From contig CAYUUK010000005.1 in NCBI GenBank assembly GCA_964447905.1, positions 279 to 64,278 on the forward strand: 64,000 nucleotides of DNA, written 5' to 3'. The number at the start of each line of letters is the position of its first letter. Position 1 is the stretch's first letter. Shown here piece by piece: positions 55,949 to 64,000 of this stretch. The DNA is from an uncultured Pseudomonadales bacterium (GTDB taxonomy: Bacteria; Patescibacteriota; Microgenomatia; UBA1400; UBA1396). The notes beneath the pieces are model-generated. The model saw only the letters and a list, made by a program, of their open reading frames with translations. It was not told the origin of the DNA and made no database searches. The position numbers and the translations under genes are program-made.

Positions 55949-58663
55949 ATGTTGAATTTTTTGCAATCCATGTTTGATGTTCAGTCTCGTACGCTCAAGC
56001 GCTATGAAAAAATCATTGAGGTAATCAATGCTTTAGAAACCGACTGGAAAAAACTCTCAGATTCAGAACTGAAGGAGAAAACAGCTGAGTTTCGCTCTCG
56101 CCTAGAGGCAGGCGAAACGCTCGAACAACTTCTCCCAGAAGCATTTGCCACTGTGCGTGAGGCTTCTCGCCGGGTGCTTGGTATGCGACACTACGATGTG
56201 CAGCTTATGGCTGGTATTGCCTTCCATGAGGGCAAAGTAGCGGAGCAACGAACAGGTGAAGGAAAAACGCTTTCTGCCACAACCGCCCTCTATCTCAATG
56301 CACTCGAGGGAAAAGGCGCTCACCTGGTGACTGTGAACGATTATCTGGCTCAAGTTGGTGCTGGCTGGATGGGGCAACTCTATGAATCTTTGGATATGTC
56401 TGTGGCAGTGATCGGCCACGATGTGTCGTATCGGTACGATTCAGGTTTCACCGGTAAAGAGCGCGGGGATGAGCGCCTTGAGCATTTTCGCCACATTACA
56501 CGTCGCCAGGCGTATGAAGCCGATATCACCTATGGTACGAATAATGAGTTTGGCTTTGACTATCTGCGCGACAACATGGCTCAGAAACGAGCCGACCAAG
56601 TTCAGGTACACCATCATTTTGCCATCGTTGACGAAGCTGACTCTATTTTGATTGACGAGGCGCGCACACCACTGATCATTTCTGCGCCAGACGCAGAGCC
56701 AACCGAAAAATACAACCAATTTGCTCAACTGGTCAAAAAACTGACCGTAAAAGCTGACTACCAAGTTGACGAAAAAATGAAGATCGCGGCCTTAACTGAC
56801 TTAGGTGTGAAGCGCCTGGAGCGACTGCTCGATGTAAAAAACCTGTACGAAGAAGATTTTTCAGTAATTCATCATGTTGAACAGGCGTTGAAAGCGCAGT
56901 CTGTTTTTGAACGCGACGTTGACTATGTCGTTCGTGATAACCAAGTTATTATTGTCGACGAGCACACCGGCCGCCTCATGGAAGGTCGCCGCTACTCCGA
57001 TGGACTGCACCAAGCTATCGAAGCCAAAGAAGGTGTAAAGGTGCAGCAGGAGTCTCGCACGCTCGCTACGATTTCATTGCAGAACTACTTCCGTTTGTAC
57101 AATAAACTCGCTGGCATGTCGGGTACAGCGGTTACTGAAGCCGAAGAGTTTCAGCAAATTTATGACATGGATGTGCTCGCTATTCCAACGAATAAACCAG
57201 TAATTCGCCGTGACCACTCTGATGTCATTTACCAAACGCAACGAGCCAAGTTTAGTGCCATCTTGCGAGAAATCGAAGAAGTACACGCCACTGGAAGACC
57301 AATTTTAATCGGTACACGCTCGATTGAACAAAATCAGGTCGTGGCGAATCTTTTACGACGTAAGAAAATACAGCATGAGCTGTTGAACGCCAAAAATCAC
57401 GAGCGAGAGGCCTTCATTATTGCTGGTGCCGGTAAACCGGGAGCAATTACAGTAGCTACGAACATTGCCGGTCGTGGTGTCGACATTGTCTTGGGTGGGG
57501 CAAAGCCTGAGCGGCGTGATTTTGAAACGCAAGTTGCATTTGATACTGCATTACGTGACTGGCAAAAAGAACACGATACCGTTATTGAGTTGGGTGGACT
57601 CCACATTGTTGGTACCGCCCGCCATGAAGCGCGCCGTATTGATAATCAGTTGCGTGGCCGGGCTGGTCGACAAGGTGACCCTGGTTCCTCTCGTTTCTTT
57701 GTTTCGCTGGAAGACGAGATCATGCGAATTTTTGGTGGCGAACAAATTCAAAATATTCTTGGAGCGATGAAGATCGAAGAGAATATGCCTATTGAAAATC
57801 CTTTAATCACACGCGCAATTACTCAAGCGCAAGTGCGTGTTGAAGGCTTCTTCTTTGATCAGCGTAAAAATTTAGTGAAGTACGACGATGTTATGAATCG
57901 GCAACGAGAGGTCATATACTCACGTCGCGATGCCATTCTAGAAAGCATGCAAGCAGCGCAAGAGGAAGAGGAAACGAACTCTCAGCTCAAAGAACGCTTA
58001 TACCAAACATTCCAGGACCATTTCTCTACCTTTGTGGCTGCGCGCGAGTCAGACGGTTGGGAAGAAGTGGAACTGCAAAACCTGGTAACAGAGTTGGCGA
58101 GCGTTGTTCCTTTTGACACCAATTCACTGGAGCGCATAAAACAGCAACTCACCAGTAAAGACTCAAGCGAAGATATTCTCGAGTTTCTCACGAAGCTCTG
58201 GTCTGACACCTACCAACTCCGCGAAGACACTTTAGGTGCCAAAGCAATGCGTGATGTGGAACTCTATGTGTTTTTGAGCACTCTCGACGAACAGTGGATG
58301 AACCACCTCGATGACATGACAAATCTTCGCGATAGCATTTGGCTGCGTGGCGGAAAAGAACAGGCCCTGGCTGAGTATAAAAAGGAAGCGTTCCAGTTGT
58401 TTGACTCCATGATCCAGCGAATTGAGCTTGAAGCATTACGACGTATTCTTCGAATCCAAGTGCGTCCGGTAGAGAATACAGTTCCCCAAAAAGTTCAAGA
58501 AGTTGGGCCAGAAAAGGTGAGTACAGAAAACCAAGATTTAGCCACCGCTCTGCAAAATGCTGCCAGTGGCACCACTGCTCCTCAAGCAAAAGCCTCAGAT
58601 CAGACTAGCAAGAAAAAAAGCAAGAAATCGGGTAAGAAGAGGAAAAAGGGATCGTACCTCTAA
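55949..58663 (+). CDS. secA: preprotein translocase ATPase SecA
   Basis: Collinear SecA signature blocks, N-terminus through the helicase motifs (GEGKTL, DEADS-like VDEADSILIDEARTPLIIS). 904 aa. Confidence 0.95.
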   Translation: MLNFLQSMFDVQSRTLKRYEKIIEVINALETDWKKLSDSELKEKTAEFRSRLEAGETLEQLLPEAFATVREASRRVLGMRHYDVQLMAGIAFHEGKVAEQRTGEGKTLSATTALYLNALEGKGAHLVTVNDYLAQVGAGWMGQLYESLDMSVAVIGHDVSYRYDSGFTGKERGDERLEHFRHITRRQAYEADITYGTNNEFGFDYLRDNMAQKRADQVQVHHHFAIVDEADSILIDEARTPLIISAPDAEPTEKYNQFAQLVKKLTVKADYQVDEKMKIAALTDLGVKRLERLLDVKNLYEEDFSVIHHVEQALKAQSVFERDVDYVVRDNQVIIVDEHTGRLMEGRRYSDGLHQAIEAKEGVKVQQESRTLATISLQNYFRLYNKLAGMSGTAVTEAEEFQQIYDMDVLAIPTNKPVIRRDHSDVIYQTQRAKFSAILREIEEVHATGRPILIGTRSIEQNQVVANLLRRKKIQHELLNAKNHEREAFIIAGAGKPGAITVATNIAGRGVDIVLGGAKPERRDFETQVAFDTALRDWQKEHDTVIELGGLHIVGTARHEARRIDNQLRGRAGRQGDPGSSRFFVSLEDEIMRIFGGEQIQNILGAMKIEENMPIENPLITRAITQAQVRVEGFFFDQRKNLVKYDDVMNRQREVIYSRRDAILESMQAAQEEEETNSQLKERLYQTFQDHFSTFVAARESDGWEEVELQNLVTELASVVPFDTNSLERIKQQLTSKDSSEDILEFLTKLWSDTYQLREDTLGAKAMRDVELYVFLSTLDEQWMNHLDDMTNLRDSIWLRGGKEQALAEYKKEAFQLFDSMIQRIELEALRRILRIQVRPVENTVPQKVQEVGPEKVSTENQDLATALQNAASGTTAPQAKASDQTSKKKSKKSGKKRKKGSYL

Positions 58664-59857
58664 TTACTGTGCGGAGAGTTTTTCGGGAGCTCCAAAAATA
58701 ATGAGTTCTTCTTCCGCACGAGTTACCGCTGTGTACAGCCAACGCGACCACTCCTCGTCACTCATGTGTTGGGATCGTTCCTCTATGACCACTACTTTCC
58801 TTGCTTGGCTACCTTGGGCTTTGTGGACAGTGAGCGCATAGCCGTAATCAAAAAGTTCACCGACTATCGCTCGTTCTTTTGGACCGAGTGGAAGGGTGTT
58901 TTCCGCTCCAAACTGTTCTTGGACCGATAGTCCAGAATAGAGAATTTTCCCAGCAGTATCAGTTACTGTGAGATCGTATGAACTATACAGATTAGAGTCT
59001 GTGCTTGCCACTTTTATATGCGAAAGTACTCCCATCATGCCGTTATAGATGCCTTTTTGCCAACTATTCCTCAGACAAATAACTTGATCACCTGCTTCTG
59101 GTGTTTCTAGGTTGAGCGACAGCGTGCGACGAATAGAGTGATTAATGCCAATGCGGCTTTTGTTGAAGCCAGTTAAAAACAAAGTATCTGTTTTGTAGGA
59201 TTGATAGAGTTCTTCTATGAGTAACTGAGCGTCACTGCTGGTCATATCATATTTTTGAACACCCGCTCCAAAGTGATCTACGGGAATGTGTCCCTCTGTG
59301 CGAGCGAGTGTAGCCACATGAATGATCGGACTTTCTTCCGCTTGCCGATGAATAGTGGTGAGCTGGAGCTCTGGAGACTTCATTAAGGCAAAAGAGTCTC
59401 CAATTGGTGGCAGTTGGCCATGATCACCAACCGCTAATACTGGAATGCCAAATCCGGTTACGTCCTGCCACATCTCTCGCGTGAGCATTGAAGCTTCATC
59501 CACAATAATCAAGTCATAGGGAATGGTATTTTTTCTGTTCCACCCAAGTATGCTATCGGCTGGTCCGCTCAGCGGCTCATAGAGAAGGGAGTGGAGCGTA
59601 CTTATACTGTCTTTAGAGAGGTCGAGTTTTGTTCTGTGCAGTTTCTCGGCCAAGACTTGAGACGCTTTGCCAGTATATGCAGCGAATGCCACTCGCCAGT
59701 TGGGGCGTTGCTTTTTGAGAAGGAGACGCAGTGCCGCTATCACCGTTGTTTTTCCAGTGCCAGCGTACCCTCCTAGGGTAAGGGTTTGCTTTGTACCAGA
59801 AGATAACCAGGCAGCGACATCTCGTAAGACATCTTTTTGTTCTCTCGACAGAGGCAT
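58664..59857 (-). CDS. RecD-like ATP-dependent DNA helicase (AAA_30 plus UvrD_C_2)
   Basis: Walker A GYAGTGKTT, IVDEASM (motif II), TVHKAQGSQ (motif VI). Confidence 0.8.
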   Translation of the reverse strand: MPLSREQKDVLRDVAAWLSSGTKQTLTLGGYAGTGKTTVIAALRLLLKKQRPNWRVAFAAYTGKASQVLAEKLHRTKLDLSKDSISTLHSLLYEPLSGPADSILGWNRKNTIPYDLIIVDEASMLTREMWQDVTGFGIPVLAVGDHGQLPPIGDSFALMKSPELQLTTIHRQAEESPIIHVATLARTEGHIPVDHFGAGVQKYDMTSSDAQLLIEELYQSYKTDTLFLTGFNKSRIGINHSIRRTLSLNLETPEAGDQVICLRNSWQKGIYNGMMGVLSHIKVASTDSNLYSSYDLTVTDTAGKILYSGLSVQEQFGAENTLPLGPKERAIVGELFDYGYALTVHKAQGSQARKVVVIEERSQHMSDEEWSRWLYTAVTRAEEELIIFGAPEKLSAQ

Positions 59858-59906
59858 ATGGTCAGTATAGGGTAAAAAATAAACAAAACGTGTACAATTG
59901 AAGAGT

Positions 59907-60377
59907 ATGTCAATACTTCTCAACCTTATTCTTATCATCTTAGCGATACTTGGAGTGGCCGATTCTGGCTATATTACCTACGAAAAGTGGGCCAATGTTC
60001 CTTCCATTTGTCAGAACATCCCAGGATTTGATTGTGGTGCTGTTCTCAATAGTCCTTGGGCATATATTGGTCCAATACCACTGTCAGTATTGGGATTCTT
60101 GTTTTACTCATTTATATTGAGTGTGGCGGTGTATCACCTTATTACCGTTCGTCCAAATCCGTTAGTGAAACACTTACTTCTTTTGAGCACGAGCTTTGGC
60201 TTCCTGTTCTCACTCTTTTTGGTCTATTTGCAGGCTGTGGTGATAGGTGCTTTTTGTTTGTTCTGTATGATTTCTGCCGGAACTTCAACGCTCATTTTCC
60301 TCACCTCCATTGGTTTTTGGTGGGAGCGAAAGAAAATTGATGCTGCCAATGATGATCACACAGAAGAATCGATATAA
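59907..60377 (+). CDS. vitamin K epoxide reductase (VKOR) family membrane oxidoreductase
   Basis: Loop Cys pair (C...DC) and the TM CxxC active site (CLFC) in a 4–5 TM protein. Confidence 0.6.
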   Translation: MSILLNLILIILAILGVADSGYITYEKWANVPSICQNIPGFDCGAVLNSPWAYIGPIPLSVLGFLFYSFILSVAVYHLITVRPNPLVKHLLLLSTSFGFLFSLFLVYLQAVVIGAFCLFCMISAGTSTLIFLTSIGFWWERKKIDAANDDHTEESI

Positions 60378-60392
60378 CAGGAAGAAGGATCT

Positions 60393-61511
60393 ATGATTCG
60401 GCCAATAAGCGATGTTTCAGAATGGGGCTACCACAGCGTGGTCAAGCCGATTTTGTTTTCCATTCATCCTGATCACATTCACGAGAATTTCTTAAATGCT
60501 GCGGCAATTCTGCCAAGTATTCCTGGCGTCTTACCCTTTTTTCGTAAAGCGTGGTCGTACCATGATCCCCGTTTAGCACAAGAAGTTGCGGGTGTTCATT
60601 TTCCACTTCCACTGGGCATTGCTGCAGGCTATGACTATTTGGCGAAAGCCGCCTCGGCAACCGAAGCACTCGGCGTGGGCTGGCACACATTTGGGACTGT
60701 TACCTACGGCTCATACGCGGGCAATACACCCCCACTGTACGGTCGATTGAAGAAATCAAAGTCACTTTGGGTGAATAAGGGATTTAAATCTCCTGGTGCG
60801 GCGGTAATAAAAACGAGTATTAAAGACCTAAAAGCACGAATTCCAGTTGGAGTGAGTATTGGCGCTACGAATCGCCGGTATGATTCGCTAGAGGAAGTTA
60901 TTAACGAGTATGTCGCTGCTTTCACCACGCTGCAGTTTCCAGAAAACATTTCGTATTATGAAATAAACATCAGTTGCCCCAACTTGCAGACTGGCATTTC
61001 GTTGTATCAACCAGCAGTTCTTGATCAGCTCTTGCAAAGCATCGATACTTTAGATATACAGCAGCCAACATTTATAAAAATGCCGGTCGATATTTCTGAC
61101 CAACAGTGCCGTGATTTGCTCGACGTAATTAAAAAACACAAAGTGACCGGTATTATTATTGGTAATCTCACAAAAAAGAGAAAAAATCCGGCTGTCTTTC
61201 AGGTTGAAGCGCAGCGATTCCCAGAGTTTGGCGGGTTGAGTGGCAAGCCTACTCAGCACTTATCCGATCGTTTGATTCGCGTAGCATATCGGCACGCTGG
61301 AAATGATCTGGTAATTGTGGGCTGCGGTGGAATCTTTACAGCTGAAGACGCGTACAAGAAGCTCCGATCTGGAGCAACACTGTTGCAGTTTATAACCGGG
61401 ATGATATATGGCGGTCCGCAAAACATTGGTCGGATTCATGCTGGAATCGCTTCGCTTCTTGAGAGGGATGGTTTTTCGCACATCTCAGAAGTTATTGGTA
61501 TTGATGCCTAA
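60393..61511 (+). CDS. pyrD: dihydroorotate dehydrogenase (class 2, quinone)-like
   Basis: PLGIAAGYD, TFGTVT, EINISCPN, VGCGGI blocks. Confidence 0.7.
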   Translation: MIRPISDVSEWGYHSVVKPILFSIHPDHIHENFLNAAAILPSIPGVLPFFRKAWSYHDPRLAQEVAGVHFPLPLGIAAGYDYLAKAASATEALGVGWHTFGTVTYGSYAGNTPPLYGRLKKSKSLWVNKGFKSPGAAVIKTSIKDLKARIPVGVSIGATNRRYDSLEEVINEYVAAFTTLQFPENISYYEINISCPNLQTGISLYQPAVLDQLLQSIDTLDIQQPTFIKMPVDISDQQCRDLLDVIKKHKVTGIIIGNLTKKRKNPAVFQVEAQRFPEFGGLSGKPTQHLSDRLIRVAYRHAGNDLVIVGCGGIFTAEDAYKKLRSGATLLQFITGMIYGGPQNIGRIHAGIASLLERDGFSHISEVIGIDA

Positions 61512-61542
61512 AATACAAGTCTGCATCGTGTACAATACCATC

Positions 61543-62946
61543 ATGCAACGAACGTATATTTCTGAAACTGTTGAACACGTCGGCGAGACCGTTACCCTTT
61601 CTGGATGGGTTGATACCAAGCGTGATCACGGCAAAATCACCTTTATTGATCTGCGTGATCGGACCGGAGTGGTGCAGTGTGTTGGCTTTAAGATGATGAG
61701 TGAACTGACTGTTGAGTCGGTAGTTTCCTTAACAGGACTTATTAAAGCTCGCCCAGAGAAACTCATTAATCGAGATCTCCCAACTGGAACAGTGGAAATA
61801 GAAGTACAGAGTTACGAAGTGCTCAATGCAGCTACCGAGCTTCCAATTTTGGTAAAAGATGATGGTCGCAAAGAAAACGAAGAAGTGCGGCTCAAGTATC
61901 GCTACTTAGATCTGCGCCGTGAACGCATGCACTCGATTGTACAGCTGCGCTCCCAACTCACCCGTGCTCTCCGAGAAGAACTCTATGCAGCTGATTTTGT
62001 AGAAGTAGAAACACCGCTCCTCACCAAGTCCACAAAAGAAGGAGCACGTGACTTTGTGGTGCCATCTCGTTTCAACCCGGGCAAGTTTTATGCTTTGCCA
62101 CAGAGCCCGCAGCAGTACAAACAGCTGCTTATGACTGCCGGTGTCGAACGATACTTCCAATTTGCTCGCTGTATTCGGGATGAAGACCTCCGCGCTGATC
62201 GCGGATTTGAGTTTACGCAGCTCGACTTGGAAATGAGCTTTGTTGAGCAATCTGACGTCACTGACTTTGTTGAGTCGATGGTCAAGTCTGCTGTGCACTC
62301 TGTTGGCGGCAAGTTGCAACAAGAAAAATTCCCTGTCTACACCTATGAGCAGGCAATGAAGGAATTTGGTGAAGACCGGTTCGATCTTCGTACAGAAGAG
62401 GAAAAAGAGCAGGGCGTTTTAGCGTTTGCCTGGGTGGTTGACTTCCCATTCTTCAAGAAAGTAGACAAAAAAGACACCGCCGAAGTCCGAGATGGGAAAA
62501 GCGGTTGGACTTTTACGCACAATCCATTCAGCATGCCTCACGCCGAAGACCTAGAAAAACACATGAACGGTGAAGACCTCGACTCTATTTTGACGTACCA
62601 ATACGACTTAGTATGTAACGGCTACGAAGTTGGCGGCGGAAGTATCCGCGCACACCGACCAGAAATACTGCGCCAAACATTTGCCATCATGGGCTACAGC
62701 GAAGATGAAATTGAGCAAAGCATCGGTCACATGCTCAAAGCCTTTGAGCTTGGTACCCCACCACATGGAGGTATAGCCTTGGGATTTGATCGTTTAGTTA
62801 TGCTGTTAGCTGGCGAAACTTCTCTGAAAGAGACGGTCGCTTTCCCAATGACCTCAACCGGAAAAACTGCCGTTATGGACGCCCCAGCCAGTATTTCAGA
62901 TGAGCAGCTGGATGAACTGCATCTGCAAGTGGTTGAAAAAGAGTAA
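61543..62946 (+). CDS. aspS: aspartyl-tRNA synthetase (short form lacking the bacterial GAD insertion domain)
   Basis: Class II motif 2 FRDEDLRADRGFEFTQLDLEMSF and motif 3 GGGSIRAH. N-terminal OB-fold. Confidence 0.9.
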   Translation: MQRTYISETVEHVGETVTLSGWVDTKRDHGKITFIDLRDRTGVVQCVGFKMMSELTVESVVSLTGLIKARPEKLINRDLPTGTVEIEVQSYEVLNAATELPILVKDDGRKENEEVRLKYRYLDLRRERMHSIVQLRSQLTRALREELYAADFVEVETPLLTKSTKEGARDFVVPSRFNPGKFYALPQSPQQYKQLLMTAGVERYFQFARCIRDEDLRADRGFEFTQLDLEMSFVEQSDVTDFVESMVKSAVHSVGGKLQQEKFPVYTYEQAMKEFGEDRFDLRTEEEKEQGVLAFAWVVDFPFFKKVDKKDTAEVRDGKSGWTFTHNPFSMPHAEDLEKHMNGEDLDSILTYQYDLVCNGYEVGGGSIRAHRPEILRQTFAIMGYSEDEIEQSIGHMLKAFELGTPPHGGIALGFDRLVMLLAGETSLKETVAFPMTSTGKTAVMDAPASISDEQLDELHLQVVEKE

Positions 62947-62996
62947 GTATTTTAGCCGCTTGCAGCGCACTAGTTTCTTCCGTACACTGAAGGCAT

Positions 62997-63701
62997 ATGC
63001 CTACAGCCGCTTTGAGTTTGAAAAATATCTCCCATTCCTTCGGAAAAAAAGAGGTACTGCGTAATATTAGTTGGCAACTGCAGCCAGGAAAAACCTACGC
63101 ACTTATCGGCCCGAATGGTGCTGGGAAAAGCACTTTGTTTCGTATTCTTACTGGTCTCATTCGGCCCACAGAAGGTTCCGTACAGTACGGCACGATTGAT
63201 GTGGCCACGCAACCAGTTGAAGCACGCAAACAGTTTGTCTATTTGAGTGATGAACCGAGTATCTATCCGTATTTGAGTGGAGAAGAGTACCTGCATCTTA
63301 TGGCGTCCACTCGCGGCATTGATCGTGGCGAAGCAACGAAGCGATTACAGAAAATAGAGCGCCTCTTTCCCCATTTGCCCTCTTTGCATGAACCACTCGG
63401 TGAACAATCACGCGGAACACGCCAGAAAATCCTGTTTTTGGGCGCTTTACTGTCTCAACCTCGAGTACTACTCAGTGATGAACCAATTGTGGGACTTGAT
63501 CCAACCAGCATTCACCAATTTGGAAAACAGCTTCGCTCTTATGCGCAGTCAGGTGGCACAACTTTGCTCGCACTCCACACACTCGAATTTGCCCAAGAAT
63601 ACGTGGACGAGGTGGCCGTACTTGTAAACGGAGAAATACGAACAACTGCCGAAGTTACTGGTTCAACCCTAGAAAAACTCTACCAAAAGTACACAGCATA
63701 A
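62997..63701 (+). CDS. ABC transporter ATP-binding protein
   Basis: Walker A GPNGAGKST, signature/Walker B LLSDEPIVGLD. Confidence 0.85.
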   Translation: MPTAALSLKNISHSFGKKEVLRNISWQLQPGKTYALIGPNGAGKSTLFRILTGLIRPTEGSVQYGTIDVATQPVEARKQFVYLSDEPSIYPYLSGEEYLHLMASTRGIDRGEATKRLQKIERLFPHLPSLHEPLGEQSRGTRQKILFLGALLSQPRVLLSDEPIVGLDPTSIHQFGKQLRSYAQSGGTTLLALHTLEFAQEYVDEVAVLVNGEIRTTAEVTGSTLEKLYQKYTA

Positions 63702-63713
63702 ATATGTTTTGGC

Positions 63714-64000
63714 AACTCATCCGTACCGACTTCATTCATCTGAAACAGTGGTGGAGTAACCACTGGGGAGCGAAAACAATCATTGCTCTGATCTCATTGG
63801 TTTTGGTGGGAATCTTTGCTATTGGGTTAGAACAAACTGCGTATTACTACTTTTCTTCTCTCAGCCAGTCCGAGCCATATGGCAGGGTAACCGCTGAGTA
63901 TATTTTGCACGCAGCGTTTATTGTTTCTCTTTGGTTTACCGCGGTATCGAGTTTCGTTCTAGCGAGTAACCATGTATGGGAAACAAACCAAGAGTGGGAT
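63714..64000 (+). CDS. ABC-2-type permease, partial (runs off the window end)
   Basis: ORF starting 12 nt after the ATPase gene. Hydrophobic N-terminus. Confidence 0.45.

Noticed and set aside
1-64000. CRISPR arrays, transposases, integrases, phage genes, rRNA
   Set aside because: No set of regularly spaced 25–40-nt direct repeats is visible. No ORF shows DDE, Tyr/Ser recombinase or terminase-like motifs. No rRNA-like sequence was seen.

Overview
The window is a gene-dense bacterial chromosome segment of about 50% GC. Its content is consistent with a small-genome Patescibacteria/CPR-like organism, but that lineage call is an inference. The content that points that way: many glycosyltransferases; a eukaryotic-like Ser/Thr kinase; a short, probably archaeal-type AspRS; CCA-less tRNAs alongside a CCA-adding enzyme; and only a few central-metabolism genes (eno, gpmA).

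Solid housekeeping calls are three tRNAs (Pro-TGG, Val-CAC, Lys-TTT, all on the minus strand), tyrS, gltX, aspS, secA, lepB, dus, rarA, recJ, a recD-like helicase, cca, eno, gpmA, a purine phosphoribosyltransferase, an FKBP lipoprotein, a D-Ala-D-Ala carboxypeptidase, a pyrD-like gene, a VKOR-family protein and an ABC transporter.

The dominant feature is a roughly 35-kb surface-glycan super-locus (about 2.8–38 kb): ten or more GT2/GT4 enzymes, two Wzx-like flippases, Wzy-like and YfhO-like membrane proteins, and three SDR epimerase/dehydratases, broken only by a few housekeeping genes. Inside it sits a lower-GC cassette (about 15.9–27.3 kb) with a CapK-like adenylating ligase, a methyltransferase, a CapA-like phosphoesterase, an FdtA-like cupin, an ATP-grasp ligase, two aminotransferases and an 838-aa GT-C glycosyltransferase.

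The best candidates for an undescribed system are:
- the low-GC amino-sugar decoration cassette and its Gtr/Arn-like transfer module;
- a divergent kinase fused 4 nt downstream of tRNA-Lys;
- a lower-GC two-gene unit of a TgpA-like transglutaminase membrane protein plus a 539-aa orphan protein;
- a cryptic promoter-terminator unit (candidate sRNA) in front of two AT-rich orphan small genes;
- a 47-aa membrane micro-protein with full expression signals that the ORF track missed.

No CRISPR array, transposase, integrase or rRNA was seen.
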